Source: Longimicrobiales bacterium
Lineage (GTDB): Bacteria > Gemmatimonadota > Gemmatimonadetes > Longimicrobiales > Gaopeijiaceae
DNA length: 64,000 nucleotides
Assembly: GCA_965248195.1 (NCBI GenBank)
Contig: CBDFIQ010000001.1
Location: forward strand, 160,001 to 224,000
Direction: 5' to 3'
Positions 1-8,221 of the stretch are shown here, piece by piece; positions within the stretch are counted from its first letter, which is position 1; each line of letters opens with the position of its first letter. A program made the translations under genes and the position numbers. The notes below the pieces were generated by a model. That model saw only the letters and a list, made by a program, of their open reading frames with translations. It had not been told where the DNA came from and did no database searches.

Positions 1-783
1 TACGTCCTCGTCCTGACCGCTGTGCTTGTCTTCTTCGGCCTCGTTTTCGGGACCATGACGCTCCTCGGACCGACAGGGGAACCATCGTTGTTGACGCAAC
101 CGGATTTTTATCTGTTTCTCGGAATGACTCTGTCGCTCTACTCGGTCATCATCTTCTTTCGGCAACTCGATCGACTCCTGGGCCCGGGAGTGCTCGTAAG
201 GGTCCTCCTCGGGCGTTATCATCGCCCGCGGCGGGAACACCGCGTGTTCATGTTCCTCGATATCAAGTCCTCCACCAGCATTGCGGAACGACTGAGCAAA
301 GAGGCGTACTACTCGTTCGTGAACGATTTCTTCAGGGACATCTCTCTTCCGATCTTGAACGCCGGCGGCGAGATCTACCAGTATGTCGGAGACGAGGTGG
401 TGCTCACGTGGAAGCAGGAGCTGGGCACGAGAGACGCGAACTGCCTGCGGGTCTTCTTCGCCATAGACGCAGCGATTGAAGACAGGAAGCAACACTATCT
501 GAATCGATACGGTATCGTGCCCGAGTACAAGGCAGGAGCGCACCTCGGGGAGGTGATCACGGCCGAGATCGGTGATCTCAAGAAGGAGATCGTGTACAAC
601 GGCGACGTCCTGAACACGGCCGCCCGGATCCAAGCCATGTGCAACGAGTTGGAGAGGCGGTTCGTTGCCTCGAAGCAACTCATTCAGGCGCTGGTGGTGC
701 CCGAGGACTTCTCGATCGAAGAATTGGGCGCTGCCACCCTCCGAGGGAAGGCGCAGCCGTTGGAGTTGGTCGGACTCGCATGA
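1..783 (+). CDS. Membrane-anchored class III adenylate/guanylate cyclase domain protein (5' partial)
   Basis: Frame is open from base 1. Hydrophobic N-terminus, then FMFLDIKSST, YVGDEV, GDVLNTAARIQ and LRGK motifs. Confidence 0.9.
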   Translation, partial: YVLVLTAVLVFFGLVFGTMTLLGPTGEPSLLTQPDFYLFLGMTLSLYSVIIFFRQLDRLLGPGVLVRVLLGRYHRPRREHRVFMFLDIKSSTSIAERLSKEAYYSFVNDFFRDISLPILNAGGEIYQYVGDEVVLTWKQELGTRDANCLRVFFAIDAAIEDRKQHYLNRYGIVPEYKAGAHLGEVITAEIGDLKKEIVYNGDVLNTAARIQAMCNELERRFVASKQLIQALVVPEDFSIEELGAATLRGKAQPLELVGLA

Positions 784-789
784 TCCTCT

Positions 790-979
790 GCGCCGCATGC
801 ATCCAGAAGGCTACTAGGCTAGCCTGGCGCCGGTCCGAGGGTACCTGCTGGGCGAGAACCAATAGTCCGCGTCGAAGCCGATGCGGGGAAAGGGCGAGGC
901 GGTAAACCTCTATGCCGTCAGTCTAGCCGGCGACGGCACGGGCGGGAATGGAGACCACTCTTCGAGCGCTCCGGAATAG
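790..979 (+). pseudogene. Degraded 3' remnant of another adenylate/guanylate cyclase gene
   Basis: AACIQKATR at 792 resembles AARIQ. MRGKGEAVNLYAV at 881 resembles LRGKxEPVxLY. The two lie in different frames. Confidence 0.45.
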
Positions 980-1201
980 CTGAGCGTCGCAAGTGCCGGC
1001 CAGCGGTTCTCAGCGTGTGGGGCGGCAAGCTACCACTACACCTCTAGATACTGGACAGGGCCTGTGAACTTTCCCATCCTGATTTCGGCAGCTCCGTAGG
1101 ATCGAAGAGGTAGTGGCGGAAGGCCGCGTGCAGGGCACGGGAGCCCCATCGCATTAAGAAGAGCGGGGGAGCGCCCATCACATGAGGAACGGAGACCTAA
1201 C

Positions 1202-2836
1202 ATGAGCAAGGACAAGCCCAAGGGTGCGATCAGCAGGCGAGGTTTCGTCAAGACCGGCGCGGCTGCCGGCCTCGGTGCGACTGCCTTCGCGGGGATGGTC
1301 GAGACCGACCTCGAGGGACAGAGTCCCGCGCAAGAGTGGGGCATGACCGCGGATGTCGTGATCGCCGGAGCGGGTGTTTCGGGGCTCTCCGCGGCGATTG
1401 AGGCCCTTGATCGTGGCGCCTCCGTAATCATGGTGGAGGAGAACTTCGACTGCGGTGGCCATGGAATCGTGAGCGGCGGACGTGTCAACCTGGGCGGAGG
1501 AACGACTCGCCAGCGGAGGCACGGGGTGGAGGACTCAGCCGACGCCGTGTTTGCGGATTGGATCCGCCCCCAACCTTATCAAACCCGATACACGGACCGG
1601 GATCTGACTCGGGTGTACGCGGACCTGAGCGCCGAGACCTTCGAGTGGATGGTTGAAAACGGCGTCCAGTTTCAAGACGAGGTGGTAGGAGCTGACTCGA
1701 GAAATGGGCGGACTGTTCAGTGGCCCGTTTACGAGGAGCTGATCACGTCGGTGGAGACCCGGCTCGGGTCCGGGCTGGTAAGGGCGCTGGAGAAGAGCGC
1801 CCGGGCCAAAGGTGCCCAAATCCTGCTGCTCCATAAGATGACGGAGCTCGTTCAGGACCCCTCCACGGGAAGGGTCGTGGGGTTGGCGGCGGTCCATGAA
1901 GGTCAGCCGGTGCGGATCCGGGGGACCAGGGGAGTGATCATCGCGACGGGGGGCCATACGAGCAACGTGAACTTTCGGCGCATGTTCGACCCCAGGCTGA
2001 CCGAGGAGTATCAGGTGGCAGGCGAGCCATACTCCAAGCAGACTGCGGATGGAGAGCTCGCGGCCATGGCGCTTGGAGCGGCGCTCTGGGGGACCGCCAG
2101 CCAGACCATGGAGGCGGGCAACTGGATTTCGAAGACGGCTCATATCGGGTGTCAATACGGCTATTCGAGTCTCCATTGGCAGCCCGATAGTCCCATCTTC
2201 GAAAAGGTGCGCGCCTCCGGTTTGACGGGTGTGGATTGGCGGAACACCATTCTCGTGAAGCAGACGGGGGAGCGGTTCCACAATGAGATGGACACAGGCC
2301 ATGACTTCTTCGCAGCCTGTCTGTCGTACAGTGGGGATCCGAACAAGAAGAACGGTGGAGGACCGATCTGGGCGATCTTCGACGCAGAGGCGGTAACGCG
2401 CCAGAGGTGGGATCCCACCCCACCGAACGTGGATCCGAACGGGTACTTCTACAGCGCGGATACGATCGCGGAGTTGGCGGGGGAGATTAAGAATCCCTAT
2501 CAGACTCTGTCCATGCGAGGTGCCGTGTTGCAGGAAACCGTGTCCCGTTACAACTCGTTCGTGGACACGGGCACGGACGAGGACTTCGGTAAGCCGACTC
2601 CCCGGTACAAGATCCAAACACCGCCGTTCTACGCTGCGTGGTCTACGCCCATCCTGCACGACTCCTTGTGTGGACTGAGAGTAGACACCAGGGCTCGGGT
2701 GGTCGACGTCCATGGAGAGGTGATTACCGGTCTATATTGTTGCGGTGAATCCATGGGTGGATTTCCGCAGCATGGCCTGGGTAGATCCTCGCTGTTTGGC
2801 CGCGTCGCCGGCAGGGATGCAGCCGTAAATGGGTGA
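1202..2836 (+). CDS. Tat-exported FAD-dependent oxidoreductase (fumarate reductase/flavocytochrome c flavoprotein-like)
   Basis: SRRGFVK Tat motif, VIAGAGVSG Rossmann motif, IIATGG, GLYCCGE. GGAGA RBS upstream. Confidence 0.88.
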   Translation: MSKDKPKGAISRRGFVKTGAAAGLGATAFAGMVETDLEGQSPAQEWGMTADVVIAGAGVSGLSAAIEALDRGASVIMVEENFDCGGHGIVSGGRVNLGGGTTRQRRHGVEDSADAVFADWIRPQPYQTRYTDRDLTRVYADLSAETFEWMVENGVQFQDEVVGADSRNGRTVQWPVYEELITSVETRLGSGLVRALEKSARAKGAQILLLHKMTELVQDPSTGRVVGLAAVHEGQPVRIRGTRGVIIATGGHTSNVNFRRMFDPRLTEEYQVAGEPYSKQTADGELAAMALGAALWGTASQTMEAGNWISKTAHIGCQYGYSSLHWQPDSPIFEKVRASGLTGVDWRNTILVKQTGERFHNEMDTGHDFFAACLSYSGDPNKKNGGGPIWAIFDAEAVTRQRWDPTPPNVDPNGYFYSADTIAELAGEIKNPYQTLSMRGAVLQETVSRYNSFVDTGTDEDFGKPTPRYKIQTPPFYAAWSTPILHDSLCGLRVDTRARVVDVHGEVITGLYCCGESMGGFPQHGLGRSSLFGRVAGRDAAVNG

Positions 2837-2884
2837 GGCTGATGGGTGAGGCTGATCCTCGGCACCGTGGAAGGGTGAAGGGCC

Positions 2885-3856
2885 GTGGCTAGATCGGCCG
2901 GCGGCGGGGAAGGCCGGACATCAGCGACGGGACACCAGCCGACCGTCGAGCTCCGTGAGGCCTTCCCGCCGGAGGTGGAAGCCGGAGCGGATATTGTGGT
3001 GAGGGCACGAGTCTCGTGCCCCGAGGGGTGCGACCTGCGGGGCGGGCTCGTGAACATCGCGAGCTCGGAGGAGGTCGTCCTGACGAGGGAGCTCGGGGGA
3101 CCTGAAAGCGCTGAGACCGCGGAGACCGAGGACCTCGTTCTGAACGCGCCGGCTCAGGTCGGCGAAGAGGTATGGTCGATTACGTTCCCCAGGCAGGAGG
3201 TCGGGGACGTCGTCCACGAGGAATACGTTCTCACCGTCACCTCCACCATTCTGCCACACGCCACGAGCGTGGCTGTATGGGATGTCCCGTCGCCGGTGAG
3301 GGGCAGTCGTTTCGGGGTCAGGGTTGGGATCAAATGCTCTGCCCTCTGCAGTTTGGGGGGGCAACTCGTAGAGATCCGGGATGAGGCGGGGGTCAAGCTG
3401 GGCGAAGGAAGACTCGGCGAGGACCCGCGGCCGGGCACGAGCGCCCTGTACGAGGCAGAGGTGAGTCTGGTCGCACCGAGCCAAGCGGGTGTGTTTTCTC
3501 GTTCCGTCAGCTTTGCGCCCACAGAGTTGGACTTGCCGCATCGAGAGGCCTCGGGGGACTTTACGTTCCGCTCCCTCGAGCCGCCCGAGCATACCGTCAC
3601 CGTGCGGGTCGTTCCCAAGGACTTCGACGCTCCCATGGACAACATCGAGGTGCGACTGGGTGCTTATCGGGCGGAGACCGACGAGCGAGGACTGGCAAGC
3701 GTGGAGGTGCCGAAAGGCACGTACGAGTTGAGCGCTTGGCGGATCGATATCGAACCCGTGTCGACGGAGCTGGAGGTGACGGGGGACGCCACGGTCGAGG
3801 TCGACGCCGCGCCAAGGCGCGTCGTCGATGAAGATGAGGAGCGGATGTGGATGTGA
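2885..3856 (+). CDS. Hypothetical beta-rich protein with C-terminal carboxypeptidase-regulatory-like domain
   Basis: 323-aa ORF after the flavoprotein. TDERGLASVEVPKGTYELSA motif. Start uncertain. Confidence 0.6.
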   Translation: MARSAGGGEGRTSATGHQPTVELREAFPPEVEAGADIVVRARVSCPEGCDLRGGLVNIASSEEVVLTRELGGPESAETAETEDLVLNAPAQVGEEVWSITFPRQEVGDVVHEEYVLTVTSTILPHATSVAVWDVPSPVRGSRFGVRVGIKCSALCSLGGQLVEIRDEAGVKLGEGRLGEDPRPGTSALYEAEVSLVAPSQAGVFSRSVSFAPTELDLPHREASGDFTFRSLEPPEHTVTVRVVPKDFDAPMDNIEVRLGAYRAETDERGLASVEVPKGTYELSAWRIDIEPVSTELEVTGDATVEVDAAPRRVVDEDEERMWM

Positions 3857-3925
3857 TAAGGCTCGCCCGTCCGCGAAGCAAGGGCGGAAATTCTGACCTG
3901 CGGTCCGACTATGCGAAACCACCCG

Positions 3926-4102
3926 TCAGCGTGTAAAGGCGTAGTAGATCACGTAGACCCACGACAAGACACCGTGGATGACAGCCCATAGGATGGACTG
4001 ATGAAGTGACCAGGAAATGACCATTGCAAGGGCGCTGCCGAAGCCGATCCCGCCACGCACCACATGCCCTCTGGTGGCTCCCCTCTTCCATTTCGCACTC
4101 AA
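3926..4102 (-). CDS. Small membrane protein (58 aa)
   Basis: GGAGG RBS then TTG start. Two hydrophobic segments: GIGFGSALAMVISWSLHQSILWAVIHGVLSWVYVIYY. Confidence 0.65.
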   Translation of the reverse strand: MSAKWKRGATRGHVVRGGIGFGSALAMVISWSLHQSILWAVIHGVLSWVYVIYYAFTR

Positions 4103-4219
4103 GGCGTCCTCCGATGATCGAGTCCTTTCGCGGCTTGCCCTACGGATCCGCGAATCTGCTGCGCAGCTAAGATGGTGACCGAGGGCGAAGCGAGCGAGCG
4201 TTATAGAGCAGACAGCCTC

Positions 4220-4257
4220 CTCCGCCACCACCTGCCGCACGGTCTCACTCCAGAACG
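4220..4257. repeat. Dispersed 38-bp repeat, copy 1 (copy 2 at 50381-50418)
   Basis: 35/38 identity between the copies. Minus strand reads FWSETVRQVV in both. Confidence 0.75.
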
Positions 4258-4360
4258 GCGTCTGCGCCCGGACGCAGATCTGTGGTGCGTAAACCAGTGC
4301 TTGCACGTCGAGGCGAGGAACCGCAGTATGCTTCAGGTCCCACACAGGAGGAAGGTCGCG

Positions 4361-5929
4361 ATGAACCCCTCAGGTCTTATGGTTTGGCACCGGGCGCTCT
4401 CGAGTCTTTCGCTGATGGCCGTGATGGGAGGTATCGGCGCGCCATCGCTGACCGGTCAGATTTCCGCCCCGGTGCGGGATGCCAGCCTCGCCAACACCGA
4501 GCCGTATCTCTACGCCGCGGAAGATTTCGGGATCGATCCGGCAGGGGTGACCTACCACAAGGACATCGGCCCGATTCTCCGCGAGAACTGCGTGAAGTGC
4601 CACACGACCGAAGGCATGGCGCCGATGGCGCTGACGACGTACCCCGAGGTGCGGAGGTGGGCGCGGAGGATCAAGGATCGGACCGCCATCCGGGACCGGA
4701 GGGGGGCGATGCCGCCGTTCTTCGTGGAAAGGAACATCGGGATCCAGGAATTCCGCGACGCCGAGTACCTCAGGGATGAAGAACTCGCGAAGATCCAGGC
4801 CTGGGTGGACCACGGAGCTCCCGAGGGCGATCCTGCCGACGCGCCTGATGGCGCCCCGGCCCTCGCTGAGGCGGGCGGCGAGGCGTCAGCCCACCGCTCG
4901 TCCGGCGCCGTACCGTGGGAGCTCGGGGAGCCCGACCTGGTGGTGCTGATGGACGCGGTGACGGTGCCGGTAGTCGGCCCAGACCAGTGGGGCGATTTCG
5001 GCATGCTCCCGACTGGGCTCGTGGAAGACCGGTATGTGAAGGCCGTGCAAGTCCGAGAGGTCAGCGATCTCTCCTTCGACGACCCGGCCCTCGAAAACAC
5101 GGTAGGAGGACGCTTCGTCTGGCACCACATGAGCTATGGGGTCCGCGTCCTGGACGAGGACGGCAATGTTTCAGACGACAGGATCAGCTATCCCATTCAC
5201 GAAGTAGGACGGAACGCGGACATTTTTCCGGAGGAGGTCGGCTATTCTTTGCCGGCGAACTCCGTAATACATCTGCGTAACGGGCATTTTCGACCGAACC
5301 AGGTTCGAGAGACCACGGCGCACCTCGAATTCGGCTTCTACTTCCATCCCAAAGGTTACGAGCCGCAGTACCGGCGCCAGGGCAGCGTGGCCATGGGCAA
5401 TGGTATCGACGTCTATGCGAAGCCGGGGGAAGCGAACCAGCGGTTTGAGACCTTCACGGTGCTGGATCAGCACACGAAGTTCTACGTCTGGGAGCCGCAC
5501 CTCCATGCACCAGGAATGCGCGCGTGCATCGAAGCGATCTGGGGCCCCATCGTGCACACCCTCAACTGCGCGGGCTACGATCACAATTGGGTCAAGCAGT
5601 ATCTGTACGCCCCGGGTTCCGAACCGCTGCTGCCGAAAGGCACCGTGGTGCGCTACGTCGCCTATCTCGACACCACGGATAACAACGAGAACATGGCCGA
5701 CAATAGAAACTGGCAGGGAAGCGGCAGGCGCTCACAGGCGAATATGTTCCTCGAGCTGGGTTGGGTCGTCCGCCTGACGGACGAGGAGTTCCAGGCCGAG
5801 ATGGCCGAGCGGCGAGCGCAGATGAAGGACAGGAATGACTTCGACATCGGTTGTCCGCTCTGTTGGGCCTTCGAGGAGGAGAATTTCGAGGCGCCGCCTG
5901 CGGCGGATGACGGAGACGGCCTCCCGTGA
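4361..5929 (+). CDS. Exported c-type heme protein with copper type II (PHM/DBH-like) monooxygenase domain
   Basis: AGGAGG RBS before ATG 4361, signal peptide, CVKCH heme motif. WHH, GHF, HLH and a C-terminal Met match the copper ligand pattern. Confidence 0.75.
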   Translation: MNPSGLMVWHRALSSLSLMAVMGGIGAPSLTGQISAPVRDASLANTEPYLYAAEDFGIDPAGVTYHKDIGPILRENCVKCHTTEGMAPMALTTYPEVRRWARRIKDRTAIRDRRGAMPPFFVERNIGIQEFRDAEYLRDEELAKIQAWVDHGAPEGDPADAPDGAPALAEAGGEASAHRSSGAVPWELGEPDLVVLMDAVTVPVVGPDQWGDFGMLPTGLVEDRYVKAVQVREVSDLSFDDPALENTVGGRFVWHHMSYGVRVLDEDGNVSDDRISYPIHEVGRNADIFPEEVGYSLPANSVIHLRNGHFRPNQVRETTAHLEFGFYFHPKGYEPQYRRQGSVAMGNGIDVYAKPGEANQRFETFTVLDQHTKFYVWEPHLHAPGMRACIEAIWGPIVHTLNCAGYDHNWVKQYLYAPGSEPLLPKGTVVRYVAYLDTTDNNENMADNRNWQGSGRRSQANMFLELGWVVRLTDEEFQAEMAERRAQMKDRNDFDIGCPLCWAFEEENFEAPPAADDGDGLP

Positions 5930-6954
5930 GGTCATGGAAGTCGAGAGGAAAGGTCGACTCCGTGGTAGGCTGCCGGGGGTACCTGCTGCTGATGGCCCCG
6001 CTGGCGGCGCTCTTCGTCTTCGACGGAGTGGCCGCTCAGACCATGCACTTGCAGGGCGAGAGGTTGTTTCCGGCCTTCGACGGTTGGGAGCAGCAGGAGG
6101 ACGGGTCGATCAAGCTCTGGTTCGGCTACTTCAATGAGAACTGGGAGCAGGAGTTCGACCTCCCCCTCGGCCCCGACAATCATTTCGTAATCGTCGAGAT
6201 GGGGGACTACCCGGACCTACAGCTGGATGGGGCGTTCGAGGTGTCCTACGATCCCGAAGGCGCCGACCAAGGACAGCCGACCCATTTCTTTCCCCGTCGC
6301 AATCCCTTCCTCTTCACCATCACGGTGCCGGGGCGCGAGGAGTTCGGCGGCCCGGAAACCCGGCAGGTGGTCTGGACGCTCACCGCCAACGGGAAGACGC
6401 AGCGAGTGTACGCCTCGCTTTCCGGGAACTACGCGATCGATGGCCAGGCGATGTCCACGGATGTGGGAGGAAACTTCGGTAGTACCCATCAGGATCTCCG
6501 GACCAACAAGTACCCGGAGATCGAGATCGACGGCGGGGGCGAACGGACCGTAAGGGTTGGGGAGTCATTGAGCTTGGTGGCGTTCGTCGACGATCCGGAC
6601 GACTACCCCCCGAGAAGAGAGCGACCGCGGCCACAGTCAGTGGAGGATCTCTATACCCCCCCGCGGGGATCAGTCGTCAGGAGCATACCTGGCCTGCGGC
6701 TCTCGTGGATCGTCTACCGGGGTGACGCGGAACACGCGACTTTCCGCCCCACTCAGATGAAGACGTGGATGGACTCCCGTATGTACGCGAATTCTCCGTG
6801 GTCGCCTCCGTTCATCCTTCCCATGCCGCCTGAGGACCAGAGATGGGTGTCTGACGTGAGCTTCGACGAACCAGGAGAGTACGTGGTTCGGGCGGTTGCC
6901 AGCGATGGTTCCAGGTTCAGCTACGAGAACGTGAAGGTAAGAGTGACGCCCTGA
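5926..6954 (+). CDS. Exported hypothetical protein with C-terminal Ig/PKD-like domain, coupled to the upstream gene
   Basis: GTGA overlap, signal peptide, FGYFNENW and GQPTHFFPRR motifs, FDEPGEYVVRAVASDG C-terminus. Confidence 0.7.
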   Translation: MRSWKSRGKVDSVVGCRGYLLLMAPLAALFVFDGVAAQTMHLQGERLFPAFDGWEQQEDGSIKLWFGYFNENWEQEFDLPLGPDNHFVIVEMGDYPDLQLDGAFEVSYDPEGADQGQPTHFFPRRNPFLFTITVPGREEFGGPETRQVVWTLTANGKTQRVYASLSGNYAIDGQAMSTDVGGNFGSTHQDLRTNKYPEIEIDGGGERTVRVGESLSLVAFVDDPDDYPPRRERPRPQSVEDLYTPPRGSVVRSIPGLRLSWIVYRGDAEHATFRPTQMKTWMDSRMYANSPWSPPFILPMPPEDQRWVSDVSFDEPGEYVVRAVASDGSRFSYENVKVRVTP

Positions 6955-7057
6955 CTCGGGCACGCCGCATCGATCCAGCACCCTCGACAATTTCCGTTCG
7001 ACCGCGTAGTAGATTATCGACGCAACGCACAAGCGAGCTGGAAAGGCACAGGAGAGG

Positions 7058-8053
7058 TTGGATGAAAGGCAAGCGCGAACAGGCTGCGAGGTGACATTCA
7101 CAGCCGCAGTCGTGCAAGCAGGATCCGTCGTCATGGATCGGGAAGCGTGTATCGAGAAGGCGGCAAAGCTGATCCGTGAGGCGGGGAAGCTGGGTGCACA
7201 ACTGGTCCTTCTTCCCGAGGGATTCGTGCCGGCCTACCCGTGGGGTCTCACCTTCGGCGCACCCGTGGGCGATCGCACGGCTGAGGGGCGACGTCTCTTT
7301 GAGCGGTACTTCAGCAACGCGGTCGAGGTGCCGAGCCCCGAGGTCGATCGACTCTGCGAGGCCGCGAAGGACGCCGCAGCGTTCGTCGGCATGCCGGTCA
7401 TCGAGCGCGAAGGTAGCCTGGGCCGTGGCACGCTCTACTGCACCCTGCTTTACATCGGTCCGGATGGCACACTGCTCGGCAAACATCGCAAGCTGAAGCC
7501 CACCGCCGCGGAAAGGGTGATCTGGGGAGAGGGTGACGGCTCCACCCTGACCAGCTTCACGACGGAACTCGGCACCGTCGGTGGCTTGATCTGCTGGGAG
7601 AACATGATGCCGATGGCACGGATGGCGATGTACGGTAAAGGCGTGGAAATCTATCTGGCGCCTACAGCGGATGCGCGGGACTCTTGGCAGGCCACCCTGC
7701 GGCATATCGCGAACGAGGGGCGCTGCTTCGTGCTCGGCTGCAACCAGTATCTGACGAAGAGCATGTACCCGGCCGATCTTCCCGGCATCGAAGACCTGGC
7801 CGACATGCCGGAGGTGGTGAGCCGAGGCGGGTCGGCGATCGTGTCGCCCTTTGGCGAGTACCTGGCCGGGCCGTTGTTCGACGAGGAAGGCATCCTCACC
7901 GCCGAGCTCGACATGGCCGAAATTGCGCGTGGCCGCTTCGACTTCGACGTCACCGGCCACTACTCCAGGCCGGACGTCTTCCGCCTGATCGTTGATGAAT
8001 CGGAGAAAAAGTCCGTGGTGAGTGGGAGCGCTACGAATCTCGGGGAGAGCTGA
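7058..8053 (+). CDS. Nitrilase (carbon-nitrogen hydrolase family)
   Basis: E-K-C triad in PEGF, HRKLKPT and ICWEN. GHYSRPDVF tail. True start may be GTG 7091. Confidence 0.92.
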   Translation: MDERQARTGCEVTFTAAVVQAGSVVMDREACIEKAAKLIREAGKLGAQLVLLPEGFVPAYPWGLTFGAPVGDRTAEGRRLFERYFSNAVEVPSPEVDRLCEAAKDAAAFVGMPVIEREGSLGRGTLYCTLLYIGPDGTLLGKHRKLKPTAAERVIWGEGDGSTLTSFTTELGTVGGLICWENMMPMARMAMYGKGVEIYLAPTADARDSWQATLRHIANEGRCFVLGCNQYLTKSMYPADLPGIEDLADMPEVVSRGGSAIVSPFGEYLAGPLFDEEGILTAELDMAEIARGRFDFDVTGHYSRPDVFRLIVDESEKKSVVSGSATNLGES

Positions 8054-8221
8054 AACGCAAGCGGAGTAGCCTTTCGTGGCCAACTTGCTCTGCTGCGGCA
8101 CATGGGCCTGGACTGCGCCGGCGCAGTCCAGCTTATACTTTGTAGAATCGGGACCTGGCGCGCTTGTGGCACGCGCCTCAGGTTCACGTGACAAAATCGA
8201 TGGAGCGGACGGAGAGGTATC

